Part shown: positions 9,041-19,452 of the stretch, piece after piece
Layout of the letters: every line of letters starts with the position of its first letter
Numbering within the stretch: position 1 is the first letter of the stretch
Origin: Nitratifractor sp.
Lineage (GTDB): Bacteria; Campylobacterota; Campylobacteria; Campylobacterales; Sulfurovaceae
Assembly: GCA_015486995.1 (NCBI GenBank)
Contig: WFQO01000150.1
Location: 1 to 59,449, forward strand
Length of the DNA stretch: 59,449 nucleotides
Reading direction: 5' to 3'
Program-made: the position numbers and the translations under genes
Notes under the pieces: model-generated
What the model saw: the letters and a program-made list of their open reading frames with translations, nothing else
Database searches by the model: none
Told to the model about the DNA's origin: nothing

Positions 9041-10557
9041 TTTATATTCACCTTCAAAGTTCCTCGATACATGGAATTATTTTCATCTTTCACTATACGA
9101 TCGATGTCAATACCGGATATTTCATTTTTGTAGTTTTTTGTTATATATTTGACGAGGCTTGTGATGTTTCGATCACTGGGGGAAATCAATGAAATACTAT
9201 AAAGGTTGTCCAAATTTCTGAAGCGGTCGCTTTTGACGTTAAAGCGAGCCAAATCCTTCGCAAAAAGGGCAAATTGATTCGATTTTAACCGATAATTTAC
9301 TTTTTTCTCATAAACGGACTGAAGTGTTTTCTCTTTACTTGTATAAATCTTTTTGAGCTTGGATATCTCCGCTTTCAGCTTTTTGATTTCAGACCGTTTT
9401 TTACCAAGTATGGATTTGTATTTTCTCACTTCGGCAGTCAGCGCTCTCTCCTGTTTTTTTAGTCTCAAATTATTGAGGTCAAGCAGATAGGAAGAAACAA
9501 GAAAATAGAGTGGGTAGGAAGAGGCGATGAGAATCGCCGCCAACAACGCAAGAATGAATTGTCCGCTTGCCCGTTTCGGAAAGGCCGGCGGACGCGGATA
9601 GCGGGTGAAGTTAATGAACGTCTCGGGCTCTTCCCAGTACTTTTGTGCACTAAGAACCATCATATAGTGCAGCTGATCGACGTACCACTCTTCGCTTTTG
9701 ATCCCAAAATCGAAAAACATGGAACTGGAATAGAGCCCCAGATAATTCTGGGCATATTCATCAGCTCCGCTGATCGGGCCCAATTCACTTCCTATGTACA
9801 TCTGATCGATTACATCGACCTTGTACGCCCGTTTGGTATAGATGACGACATCGTTGATTGTGATGAAGATCTCATTGAAGAGTTTGATGAGATTCTGTTG
9901 AAATTCGAGGTGGGTCGTTTTGACACCCTCTTTCTGAAAGATTCTGAAAAACTGCTTCTCATCGACCGTCTTGCCGGCAATTTCACAATAACGATCGTAG
10001 AGCTGCATCAGTGAATAATTAATCGATTTTGAGTAAAGATAACTTCCGTTTCGATAGAAAGTGACGGTCGCATCGTAATTGGTAAAATAGAGAAAACAGT
10101 GAACCTTACGACTCTCTATGAGTTCATAATCGTAGAGCGCCCGGTACAGTAGGGGTGCGGGGAGGATAAGATCCACATATCGTAGACTCTGACGAAGGGA
10201 GGAAAAAAGTTCTGTATACCGCTCTTTTTCGAGGATGAAAAGCTGAAAGTTACGCCCTTCTCCTTCTCCCAGCGTCTCCTGATAGTGAATGATGTAATCT
10301 ACGGCAGGATCAAGACCCAATTCATCATAGGCTTTATCCTCGAGCGCTCCGGCAATGTCTTCATCTTCGATATTCCGGCTGATCGAAACCGGCGCGATGA
10401 TCAAATCTTTGTTCGCTATGAAACTTGTGTAATAATTACGTTTTTTGAACTGAAGTTTACTCAGGCCCTTCAGCTCACCATCTTCATATCTATAATATCT
10501 TTCGTTATATTCGTCGATCGAGACGATACTTTGAAAGCGCCGCACCCCATTTTTCAT
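9037..10557 (-). CDS. PilM/PilN-like fused alignment protein
   Basis: Cytoplasmic domain, then TM helix, coiled coil and small C-terminal domain; first gene of the operon with overlapping start/stop codons downstream. Confidence 0.65.
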   Translation of the reverse strand: MKNGVRRFQSIVSIDEYNERYYRYEDGELKGLSKLQFKKRNYYTSFIANKDLIIAPVSISRNIEDEDIAGALEDKAYDELGLDPAVDYIIHYQETLGEGEGRNFQLFILEKERYTELFSSLRQSLRYVDLILPAPLLYRALYDYELIESRKVHCFLYFTNYDATVTFYRNGSYLYSKSINYSLMQLYDRYCEIAGKTVDEKQFFRIFQKEGVKTTHLEFQQNLIKLFNEIFITINDVVIYTKRAYKVDVIDQMYIGSELGPISGADEYAQNYLGLYSSSMFFDFGIKSEEWYVDQLHYMMVLSAQKYWEEPETFINFTRYPRPPAFPKRASGQFILALLAAILIASSYPLYFLVSSYLLDLNNLRLKKQERALTAEVRKYKSILGKKRSEIKKLKAEISKLKKIYTSKEKTLQSVYEKKVNYRLKSNQFALFAKDLARFNVKSDRFRNLDNLYSISLISPSDRNITSLVKYITKNYKNEISGIDIDRIVKDENNSMYRGTLKVNIK

Positions 10558-10643
10558 ACCGATCCCCTATTTATACTTCGTTTACCGAATTGATTATATA
10601 TGTTATAATATAAATCCACGCTTAATCGATAAATTTTTTCTAC

Positions 10644-11537
10644 TTAGAAACGATAACCGATCTTCTCCAATGCCTTTTTGTCCCGACTCCATCCCTTGCG
10701 CACGACGACGTGAAGATCGAGATAAATCTTTTTCCCCGAAAAGGTCTCCATCAGTTTCCGGGCATAAGAGCCCACTCGTCGGATCGACTCTCCACCGTTT
10801 CCGATGATCATCCGCTTCTGGGTCTCCTTCTCCGTGATGATCGTCGCGTAGACCCGATCGATCGTTTCCCCCTCCTCCACCCGGTCGATGACGACATCAC
10901 TTTCATAGGGGATCTCTTCGCTCAGTTTTTCGAAGAGCGCTTCACGGATCAGCTCCCGGTAAATGTCTCGGATCGTCTCCGTGGTCAAGAGTTCGGGATC
11001 GAAAAGCCAGGGGTGTTCCGGGAGACGGGAGGCGACGGCATCGAGCAACTGTTTTTTGTCCCCTTCCCGCTTGACCGAATAGGGAATCAGCGCTTCGAAA
11101 CGATCCTGATACTTCTGATACTCCCCGATCTTTTTAAGGAGCTTTTCGTTGCTGACCCGATCGGTTTTGGTCAAAACGACGAGATGGGGCGTCCCTTTGC
11201 GGGCGATCTTTTCGAGAAACTCTTCGTAGGCTTCAATCGAATCGGAAGCCGGGGCGAGGAAGAGAATCAAATCGGCGTCTCCGACGGCTTTGAGCGCCTC
11301 TTCCAGCATAAATCGATTGAGAAGTTTCTCTTTCTCGTGCAGACCCGGCGTATCGACGAAGATGATCTGCGCGTTGTCGTGCATAACGATAATGTTCATC
11401 CGCTTCCGCGTCGCCTGGGCTTTTTTGGAGACCATCGCCAGTTTTTCACCAGCGAGATGGTTCAGCAACGTACTTTTTCCCGCGTTGGGACGTCCGACGA
11501 CGGCGACGAAACCCGCCCGCTGTGCCTGCCGGCTCAT
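10644..11537 (-). CDS. era: GTPase Era
   Basis: GFVAVVGRPNAGKSTL, DTPG, EEIPY, KH domain. Confidence 0.97.
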   Translation of the reverse strand: MSRQAQRAGFVAVVGRPNAGKSTLLNHLAGEKLAMVSKKAQATRKRMNIIVMHDNAQIIFVDTPGLHEKEKLLNRFMLEEALKAVGDADLILFLAPASDSIEAYEEFLEKIARKGTPHLVVLTKTDRVSNEKLLKKIGEYQKYQDRFEALIPYSVKREGDKKQLLDAVASRLPEHPWLFDPELLTTETIRDIYRELIREALFEKLSEEIPYESDVVIDRVEEGETIDRVYATIITEKETQKRMIIGNGGESIRRVGSYARKLMETFSGKKIYLDLHVVVRKGWSRDKKALEKIGYRF

Positions 11538-13585
11538 ACGGAAATCTCTTTCAGGTCCGCGATCGTCAGAAAACTGCGATAGATCGACGCCACCAGGTGC
11601 CGCCGATTGCGCCGGAGCTCTTCCTCCTCGGCGTTGACCAGCACCGCGTCGAAGAAGGCGTCGAGGCGGGGCTTGAGTGAGAAGAGAGCTTCGAGCTCCT
11701 CTTTGTAGTCGCGGTATTCGCCGGCGATAACTTCACGGTAGGCTTCCCAGAGTGCGCGCTCCTCCTCAGCTTGGAAAAGCGTCGGATCGACGGGAAGCTC
11801 CTCCGAGAGATCCGCTTCCGTTGATATATTGGCTACCCGTTTGAACGTCGTAAAGAGTTCCCGGGCTTCCGGCCGCTCCAGAATCGTCTTGAGCGCCTCC
11901 ACCTTTTTGGCGATCTCATCGATGTCCCGCTCTCCCGTCGCGAGAACCGCGGCGATGAGGGAGGGGTTGGCCCGCAGGGATTTGTAAATCCTCTCCAAAA
12001 TGAACTCCTCTAGCCGTTTGCGATCGAAAGAAGCGTATTGATCGACTAACAATTCGAGAATCGCGGGAATGTCGAAACTCAGGTCGTAACGGATCACAAT
12101 GCGGATGATCCCGTTGACCGCCCGACGCAGGGCGAACGGATCCCTCGATCCGGTGGGAATCTTCCCGACGCTGAAAAGTCCCAGGAGGGTATCGAGTTTG
12201 ATCGCCATCGCCAGAATCGACGAGAAAACACCCGTCGGCAATTCCGCCCCTTCCCCTTCGGGTCGGTACTGTTCCTTGATGGCCGTGCACACCAGAGGAT
12301 CCTCCCCCAAGGCTTTGGCATAGTAGTAGCCCATCAACCCCTGCAGTTCGGTAAATTCATAGACCATCTCCGTCAAAAGATCCGCTTTGGCCAAGGTGAC
12401 GGCCCGATCCATCAACGCTTCGATTTCGAGGGGGCTTCGACCCGTCTCTTCTTCCAGACGGTCCATATAGATAGCCGCCAGACGCAGCGCGATATTGCGT
12501 TCGCGATCCACCTTGTCCCGCAGAGTCCCCAGCCCGTCGATGAACTGGATCTTTTCCAATCCCTCGATCGTAAGTCCCCGCTTCAAGTCGTTGCGGTAAA
12601 AAAAGAGGGCATCCTCCAGCCGGGGACGCAGAACGCGCTCGTTGCCGGCGATGACCTGAGCGTAATCGTCGGTCACGGCATTGCTGACGACAACGAAATG
12701 GTTGGAGAGATTTCCCTCCGCATCGAAGACCGGGAAATAGCGCTGATGCTCCTTCATCGAGGTAACGATCACCTCCGGAGGAAGTTCCAGGAATTTCTCG
12801 TCGAAACTGCCCAGCAGGGCCCTGGGGTATTCGGTGATCGCCACGACCTCATCCAATAACCCTTTGTCCTCTTCGATCCGCAGACCGCTCTCGGCTTCGA
12901 TGGCGGCAAAGTCTGCACGAATCATCTCCCGGCGTCTGCCGGGATCGAGAACGACTTTCCCCTCCTCCAGGATCTTGTCGAAACTCCCGATCTCGGGAAC
13001 CTCCACAGGATCGAAGCTCACCATACGGTGCAGATAGGTCCGGGTGTCGGAGGAGACACCGAAGAGCTCCGCGGGGACACTGCGATCGCCCAGACGAACC
13101 TGGAGCCAGCGGACGGGTCGGATAAATTCATCGTGCCGATCCCCCCAGCGCATCATCTTGCCGAAGTTCATCGAGGCGATCCACTCACGGATCATCTCCG
13201 GCAGCAACGCCTCCGTCTCCCGGCCCGGCACTTCCCGGCGGTAGTAGAGGATTTCCCGCTCTCCCTTTTTCCGTCGCTGAAGCTCCTCAAAAGCCACACC
13301 GCACTTTCGGGCAAACCCCTCTCCCGCCGGTGTGGGTTTGCCATCGCGAATCGCGATTTCCGCCGGCGGGCCGAAAAGCTCCTCGACGCTGTCGGATTGA
13401 CGCAGAGGAAGCGCCTCCGCCTCGATGACCAGGCGCCGAGGAGTGTAGAGGAGACGAAAATCGCTCTCCAGACGCCGGGATTCTTGAATCTCTTTCCACG
13501 AGTTTTCGATGGCGGGAAGAGTCTTCAGAAGCGGAAGAGCGGGCAGTTCTTCGACGCCCACTTCGATCAGCAACGGTGCATTCAT
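11534..13585 (-). CDS. glyS: Glycine--tRNA ligase beta subunit
   Basis: LLIEVGVEELP, TPRRL, FIRPVRW, HQRYFP, EFTELQG, GSRDPFALRR; ATG at 13585 preferred. Confidence 0.97.
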   Translation of the reverse strand: MNAPLLIEVGVEELPALPLLKTLPAIENSWKEIQESRRLESDFRLLYTPRRLVIEAEALPLRQSDSVEELFGPPAEIAIRDGKPTPAGEGFARKCGVAFEELQRRKKGEREILYYRREVPGRETEALLPEMIREWIASMNFGKMMRWGDRHDEFIRPVRWLQVRLGDRSVPAELFGVSSDTRTYLHRMVSFDPVEVPEIGSFDKILEEGKVVLDPGRRREMIRADFAAIEAESGLRIEEDKGLLDEVVAITEYPRALLGSFDEKFLELPPEVIVTSMKEHQRYFPVFDAEGNLSNHFVVVSNAVTDDYAQVIAGNERVLRPRLEDALFFYRNDLKRGLTIEGLEKIQFIDGLGTLRDKVDRERNIALRLAAIYMDRLEEETGRSPLEIEALMDRAVTLAKADLLTEMVYEFTELQGLMGYYYAKALGEDPLVCTAIKEQYRPEGEGAELPTGVFSSILAMAIKLDTLLGLFSVGKIPTGSRDPFALRRAVNGIIRIVIRYDLSFDIPAILELLVDQYASFDRKRLEEFILERIYKSLRANPSLIAAVLATGERDIDEIAKKVEALKTILERPEARELFTTFKRVANISTEADLSEELPVDPTLFQAEEERALWEAYREVIAGEYRDYKEELEALFSLKPRLDAFFDAVLVNAEEEELRRNRRHLVASIYRSFLTIADLKEISV

Positions 13586-13653
13586 CGGCTTTTTCCTTGT
13601 TGACAAATTGTTAAGATTTTACCCAAAAGGGGATAAAAGAAGGGAAGAAATGT

Positions 13654-14547
13654 TCAGGATCCGAGCAAATCGTGGAGACTCTCCCGCGGCGCCTTCCCCT
13701 CCCGGAGCATCCGGTAGACTTCGGCGGCGATGGGAAGATAGAGCTTCTCCCGTTCGGCGATACGGTGCAGCGCTTCGGCGGTACCGACCCCTTCGGCCAC
13801 TTCACCTAGCTCCTCGAGAATCGCGTCAATCCTCTTCCCTTGTGCCAGGCCCAGTCCCACCCGGTAGTTACGAGAAAGTGTACTGCTGGCCGTCAGAAAG
13901 AGGTCTCCCGCACCGCCCAGGGAGAGGAAGGTGCGTTCTCGGGCCCCATAGTGCGCCCCGAAACGTGCCATCTCCACCAATCCCCGGGAGATAAGAGCCG
14001 CGCGGGCGTTGTTTCCCAGTTCCAATCCATCGCAGACCCCTCCGGCGATGGCGATGACGTTTTTGTAGGCTCCGCCTACTTCCGCACCGGTAACATCGTC
14101 GTCGGTATAGCCTTTGATGAAATCGGGCAGCGCTCCGGCGAAGGTCTCCGCCAGACTCGGAGAGAGGGAGCTGACCACGAGTGCCGTCGGCAGGGAGCGC
14201 ATCACCTCCGCCGCGAAAGAGGGCCCGGAGAGATAGGCGAGCCGATCGACGGGAAGGAAACTTTCGAAAATCTCGTTGAGCAGTGCTCCGCTGCTCACTT
14301 CGATCCCCTTGGCGGCCACGAGGATCTTCTGCCCCCGATCGACGAAATGCTCCTGCATCCAACGCCGGACGAACTGGGCGGGAATCGCCAAAATCAGATA
14401 CTCCCGATCCAGTGCCTCATCGACGGAGACGAAATTCTCCAGATCCGGGTGCCGCCGGCGGGAAGTGATCACCACATCGTTCTTCATTCCGTAGGCGTGA
14501 TTCAGGGCCCGCCCCCATTTTCCCGCTCCGATAATCGCCAGTTTCAT
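13654..14547 (-). CDS. gpsA: NAD(P)H-dependent glycerol-3-phosphate dehydrogenase
   Basis: GAGKWG, LSGPSFAAEV, GGAYKNVIAIA, GAGDLFLT..S.LSRNY. Confidence 0.97.
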   Translation of the reverse strand: MKLAIIGAGKWGRALNHAYGMKNDVVITSRRRHPDLENFVSVDEALDREYLILAIPAQFVRRWMQEHFVDRGQKILVAAKGIEVSSGALLNEIFESFLPVDRLAYLSGPSFAAEVMRSLPTALVVSSLSPSLAETFAGALPDFIKGYTDDDVTGAEVGGAYKNVIAIAGGVCDGLELGNNARAALISRGLVEMARFGAHYGARERTFLSLGGAGDLFLTASSTLSRNYRVGLGLAQGKRIDAILEELGEVAEGVGTAEALHRIAEREKLYLPIAAEVYRMLREGKAPRESLHDLLGS

Positions 14548-15257
14548 TCTGCCTCCTCCTTTGCCTTGTGGATCGCTTTTTCAAAGCGATCCAAATCTTC
14601 GTCGTGGCCGATGCAGACGATGATATCCCCCGCATCCAGTTTATGTTCCAGTCCCGTCGTGACGAAGATGAAGCTGTTGCCCAGCTCCACGTCGATCATC
14701 CCCACGAAGATCACCCCGTAGCGGCGAAAATCGATCTCCTCTAGGGTCCGGCCGTGGAGAAAAGAGCCTTCGGGAATGACGATCTCCCGAAAACTGTACT
14801 CGTGGTCCGCGTTGAGAAAACCCTCTAGGAAACGGGTGGCGATGGGTTTGTTGAGAATGTTGTGGATCCTGTTGGCACTGATGGCGTAGAGATCGATGAC
14901 TTTGTTGGCTCCCGCCATTTTGAGTTTGCGGGTGGCGTGGATCGAGTCGGAGATCGCCAAAATCCTGCTCTGGGGAAAGAGTGCACGCAGGGAGAGCACC
15001 AAAAACACATTGAGATGGTCGTCGTCCATCACACAGACCAGCTGCTCATCAACCCGTACCGGCAACGCTTCGAGGGCCGCATCGTCGGTGACATCCATCA
15101 GGATACAGCGGTCGAAACGGTGGGTCTTGCGCGCTTCGTGGTAGAGGGCCTCGTCCGATTCGATCAAGACCACCTCCGCATCGTGCTCCACCAGATCGTC
15201 GGCGATGCTTCGCCCGAACTTCCCGTAGCCGAAAAGAAAAATTTGCTCCTTACTCAT
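14544..15257 (-). CDS. Stand-alone RCK (TrkA-N + TrkA-C) regulatory subunit
   Basis: GYGKFG Rossmann motif, AGANKVI, TrkA-C; ATGA overlap with the channel gene. Confidence 0.88.
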   Translation of the reverse strand: MSKEQIFLFGYGKFGRSIADDLVEHDAEVVLIESDEALYHEARKTHRFDRCILMDVTDDAALEALPVRVDEQLVCVMDDDHLNVFLVLSLRALFPQSRILAISDSIHATRKLKMAGANKVIDLYAISANRIHNILNKPIATRFLEGFLNADHEYSFREIVIPEGSFLHGRTLEEIDFRRYGVIFVGMIDVELGNSFIFVTTGLEHKLDAGDIIVCIGHDEDLDRFEKAIHKAKEEAE

Positions 15258-16834
15258 CGTAAACACCCCTTTTCATTCAAACAACTGCTCTCGCGGAAAT
15301 AGGCGGTGCTGGCTTTGTGTCCCATCACAAGCAGGACATCTCCCTCCTCCAGGACGAGCGAGTCTTCGGGGTTGAAAACGAAGCGGTCCTCCCGCACTTT
15401 TTGCACACCGATAAGGATCAAATGATAGGCGCGAAAATTGATGCTGCCTACCGTCGCTCCGATCAAAGAGCTGTGCTCGTGCACCCGGACCTCATCCAGA
15501 AGCGCCACATTCTGTCCCGTGAAGATCGCGTGAATCGCTTTGTAGATGATCGGCTTGAGAATCGCGAAGACCATCATCGTGCTGGCGGCCTGGTTGGGTA
15601 GGAGGATGTGATCGGCCCCCGCCCGTTCGTATTTGCTGACGATTTTCGGAGAACTCGCCCGGGCGATGACCCGGATACGCGGATCGATGCTCTTGGCGTT
15701 GAGCGTGATGTAAATGTTCTCCACATCGTCGTGCGACATACAGAGCACCGTGACCTTCGAATTTTTGACGTTGAAGCGCGAGAGGGTCGTATGGCGGCTG
15801 GCGTCGTCGACGATGGCGTCGTAGCCGTCGTGGATCGCCTCCTGGACCCGTTCGGGGTCTTTGTCGAGAATAATGTAGTTGTAGCGCTTGGCTTCCGCCT
15901 GGCGAAAGAACATTTTGGTCATCTGCCCGTAACCGCAGATGATCAGAAACTCCGCCGTGCGGTTGATGCTTTCGACGATCCGCTCCTCTTTGAGCTCGTG
16001 CAGCTTCTCGGAAAAGGCCGAAACGATGACCGAGGTAGCAAAGGAGATCATCGCCACCCCGAGCAGGATGATGATCATCGCAATCATCCGCCCCATCTCC
16101 GAGACCGGAGCGATATCTCCGTACCCTACCGTCGTGATCGTCACAAGCGACCAATAGATCGCTTCAAAAAGGTTGTTGATGTTGGGATTGTGCGTATCTT
16201 CGAGGACGTAGATGGCGATCGCCCCCGTCAGCGTGACGAAGAAGAGCAATCCCAGCAGGGTGAGCAGCTCGAAGCGCTTGGTCGCCAACACCTCGACGAA
16301 TTGGTTGATACTGCGGGTATAGCGCAGGAGTTTCAAAAATCTAAAAAGGACGAAAATCCGCAAGACCCTCAAAGGACGATAAGCCGGCAGAATCGCCAAC
16401 AAATCCACGATCGCCGCGGGCGTCACCATATAGGCGAGCTTTTTTTTGATCCCCCGCAGCAGCGCGGGCCCGACACGAAAGTCTCGGCCTACCGCCACCG
16501 CCTTTTCGTACGCTTCAACCAATTCGCCCGTCAGGTCACTGGAGATCCAGAGCCTCAGGAGGTATTCGATCAGAAAAACGAGAGAAACAAAATAGATGTC
16601 GTAGTAGTCGAGCCAGGCCGGGACCGGATGCTTGACTTCCCAAATCAGGATAAAGACCGAACTGAGAATCAAAAAAATGATGAAGGAGTCAAAAAGCCGC
16701 TTGTAGGGATTTTTGGGGTTTTCCAGAAGGTCGCGTACCGTTTTGCGCGCGTGCCGATAGCGGGGGGACCTGCTGAGACGGATCGCCCAGTGAATGATCC
16801 CCGACTCGAGTCGTTTCCGGAAACTTTTGCCCAT
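15254..16834 (-). CDS. 6-TM potassium channel with C-terminal RCK domains
   Basis: S4-like RPLRVLRIFVLFRFLKLLR, selectivity filter TTVGYGD, CGYGQM RCK-N, TrkA-C. Confidence 0.93.
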   Translation of the reverse strand: MGKSFRKRLESGIIHWAIRLSRSPRYRHARKTVRDLLENPKNPYKRLFDSFIIFLILSSVFILIWEVKHPVPAWLDYYDIYFVSLVFLIEYLLRLWISSDLTGELVEAYEKAVAVGRDFRVGPALLRGIKKKLAYMVTPAAIVDLLAILPAYRPLRVLRIFVLFRFLKLLRYTRSINQFVEVLATKRFELLTLLGLLFFVTLTGAIAIYVLEDTHNPNINNLFEAIYWSLVTITTVGYGDIAPVSEMGRMIAMIIILLGVAMISFATSVIVSAFSEKLHELKEERIVESINRTAEFLIICGYGQMTKMFFRQAEAKRYNYIILDKDPERVQEAIHDGYDAIVDDASRHTTLSRFNVKNSKVTVLCMSHDDVENIYITLNAKSIDPRIRVIARASSPKIVSKYERAGADHILLPNQAASTMMVFAILKPIIYKAIHAIFTGQNVALLDEVRVHEHSSLIGATVGSINFRAYHLILIGVQKVREDRFVFNPEDSLVLEEGDVLLVMGHKASTAYFRESSCLNEKGCLR

Positions 16835-16838
16835 CGGA

Positions 16839-18272
16839 TCAGGAGTGCAGCCGCTCTTTGAGGAGCTGATTGACTTTGCCGGGGTTGGCCGTGCCGCGGC
16901 TGGCTTTCATCACTTGTCCCACGAAAAAGCCCAGCAGCTTCTCTTTCCCGCCCCGGTACTCGTCGACCTTGTCTCCGTTGGCCGCCAAAACTTCATCGAT
17001 GATCGCCAGAAGCGCTCCATCGTCACTGAGCTGTTTAAGCCCCAGTTTTTCGATGAGGAGATCGATGTCCCGTTCGTCGTTTTCCATCAGATGGTCCAAA
17101 AGTTCTTTCCCGCCTTTGCCGGAGATGGTCCCGTCTTCGATCCGGGCGATGAGCCGGCCCAGTGTCTCGGCATCGACCGGAGAGTTCGCGATATCGATCC
17201 CCGCTTTGTTGAGGCGGCCCAGAAGTTCGCTGGTCAGCCAGGTGACGGCTGAACGGGCCGGAGCACCCGCCGCGATCATCGCCTCGAAATAGGCGGCGAG
17301 TTCCTTTTGGGCGGTGATCACCAGAGCGTCTTCACGCTTGATTCCGAGCTCCGTGACATAGCGCGCCACTTTTTCATCGGGCAGTTCGGGGATTTTTTTC
17401 GCCTCCTCGATCATCGCGTCGGTAACGATGACGGGGCGTAGATCCGGATCGGGGAAATAGCGATAGTCGGCACTCTCCTCTTTCCCGCGCATCGAGCGGG
17501 TCTCTCCCCTCGCCGTATCGTAGAGCCGGGTCTCCTGCCAAACCTCCTGCGCATAGACGCCGTCCTCCCACGCTTCGATCTGGCGCTCCACCTCGTAATC
17601 GATCGCCTGTTTGACGAAGCGGAAAGAGTTGAGGTTTTTGATCTCGACCCGGGTCCCATACTCCTTCTGCCCTTTGGGACGGATGGAGACGTTGACGTCG
17701 CAGCGGAAGGAGCCTTCCTGCATATTGGCGTCGCTGATGTCGAGATAGCGGACGATGGAATGCAGTTTGCGTAGGTAAAGAACCGCCTCTTCACTGGAGC
17801 GCATATCGGGCTCGCTGACGATTTCCAAGAGCGGAGTGTCGGCACGGTTGAGATCGACTTTGGAGATTTCACCGTCGTGGATATTTTTGCCCGCATCGGC
17901 CTCCAAATGCGCCCGGGTGATTCCGACGCGTTTCTCTTCTCCGTTTTCCTTCACGACGAAGAGTTCCCCGTCCTGGACGATGGGAACGTCGAACTGCGAA
18001 ATCTGATACGCCTTGGGGCTATCGGGATAGAAATAGCTCTTGCGGTTGAAGATGGAGCGGCGGTTGACGGTGGCGTTGACGGCGTAACCGAAACTCATCG
18101 CCTTTTTGACCGCTTCGACGTTGAGCACCGGCAGTGCACCGGGCAGCCCCAGGCAGACGGGACAGGTGTTTTTGTTCTGATGTTCCGCGAAACTGGTCGG
18201 ACAGGAGCAGAAAATCTTGGAGCGGGTATTGAGCTGAACATGGACTTCAAGTCCGATGACGGTTTCGAACAT
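16839..18272 (-). CDS. gatB: Asp/Glu-tRNA amidotransferase subunit B
   Basis: [40 protein letters not shown]. Confidence 0.98.
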   Translation of the reverse strand: MFETVIGLEVHVQLNTRSKIFCSCPTSFAEHQNKNTCPVCLGLPGALPVLNVEAVKKAMSFGYAVNATVNRRSIFNRKSYFYPDSPKAYQISQFDVPIVQDGELFVVKENGEEKRVGITRAHLEADAGKNIHDGEISKVDLNRADTPLLEIVSEPDMRSSEEAVLYLRKLHSIVRYLDISDANMQEGSFRCDVNVSIRPKGQKEYGTRVEIKNLNSFRFVKQAIDYEVERQIEAWEDGVYAQEVWQETRLYDTARGETRSMRGKEESADYRYFPDPDLRPVIVTDAMIEEAKKIPELPDEKVARYVTELGIKREDALVITAQKELAAYFEAMIAAGAPARSAVTWLTSELLGRLNKAGIDIANSPVDAETLGRLIARIEDGTISGKGGKELLDHLMENDERDIDLLIEKLGLKQLSDDGALLAIIDEVLAANGDKVDEYRGGKEKLLGFFVGQVMKASRGTANPGKVNQLLKERLHS

Positions 18273-18338
18273 TGTGAACTTCCTCTATGTATGGCTAATT
18301 TGTGAAGAACGCAGTACGTTCCTTCCCAAAGAACAGTG

Positions 18339-18347
18339 ATTATACCC
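18339..18347 (-). promoter_or_regulatory. Putative sigma70 -10 box for the gatB operon
   Basis: gggTATAAT on the minus strand about 65 bp upstream of the gatB start. Confidence 0.5.
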
Positions 18348-18503
18348 TTTCACCCATTTGAGCCAAATTATCTTTCCCGCTTCCTAGCCGTTTTACTGTT
18401 TTCCTCTCTCCCATACCGATTTAATTCCGCCAACGAACTTTACCCCATTTAAACCGGTTTCAAACTCATCAGAAACCACAACTGTTTTCGATAGGATAGC
18501 ACC

Positions 18504-19451
18504 ATGATAAAAATTGGACATTTATTGAAATCGATGACGATATGGATGGGAGGGGTTTTCATGTCCACGGAGGCCCAGAACGTTCTGCAACCGATCCCTC
18601 TGCACATCGATTACAATTACGCCAAAGCCAAACTGGGCAAACGTCTCTTTTTTGATCCAAAACTCTCTGACGACGGGACCGTCGCCTGCGTCCAATGCCA
18701 CCGGCCGGACAATGGAGCCGATCACCGATCCGTTTCCATCGGCGTTCGAGGACGGAAAGGCGATACCAACGCCCAAACGGTGTTCAACAGTGTTTTCAAT
18801 TTTCGACAAATGTGGAATGGTGAAGCAAAAAACTTGAAAGATCAAGTCCGTCTACCGATCCATAATCCCAGTGAGATGGCGATGGATTCTTCCCGGATCG
18901 TCCGATATCTTCGAAATGATCCCTCCTACTCCAAGCGTTTTCTCACGCTCTATCATCGTCCCGCCACTTTCGAGGATATGAGCGATGCGATCGCAGAATT
19001 CGAGAAGACTTTGACTACACCCAACAGCCGTTTCGATCGTTATCTTCGCCATGAGACAACGCTCACTCCTCTCGAGCTTCGGGGCTACAAACTTTTTAAA
19101 AAAATCGGGTGCATCACCTGCCACAACGGCATCAACATTGGAGGAAACAGTTTTCAGAAAATGGGGCTTATCAATCCCTACCCCTGGCGCCCCTCCAATC
19201 CCGATCTCTACGCACTAACTCACCGGGAAAACGACAAAAACGTCTACAAGGTCCCCAGCCTGAGAAACATAGCTCTGACCGCACCTTATTTTCATGATGG
19301 AAGTGTTCCGACTCTCCGGGAAGCACTGCGAAAAATTTCCTATCACAATCTCGGATTCCTGCCCAGTGACGAAGAAATTCACTCCCTTGTCGCTTTTTTG
19401 AAAACATTGACCGGAGAAACTCCAAAGAGTCTTCACGGTAGAAGAGAATGA
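18504..19451 (+). CDS. Di-haem cytochrome c peroxidase (CCP/MauG family, DocA-like)
   Basis: LGKRLFFDPKLS, CVQCH, CITCH, KVPSLRNIALTAPYFHDGS. Confidence 0.93.
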   Translation: MIKIGHLLKSMTIWMGGVFMSTEAQNVLQPIPLHIDYNYAKAKLGKRLFFDPKLSDDGTVACVQCHRPDNGADHRSVSIGVRGRKGDTNAQTVFNSVFNFRQMWNGEAKNLKDQVRLPIHNPSEMAMDSSRIVRYLRNDPSYSKRFLTLYHRPATFEDMSDAIAEFEKTLTTPNSRFDRYLRHETTLTPLELRGYKLFKKIGCITCHNGINIGGNSFQKMGLINPYPWRPSNPDLYALTHRENDKNVYKVPSLRNIALTAPYFHDGSVPTLREALRKISYHNLGFLPSDEEIHSLVAFLKTLTGETPKSLHGRRE

Positions 19452-19452
19452 G

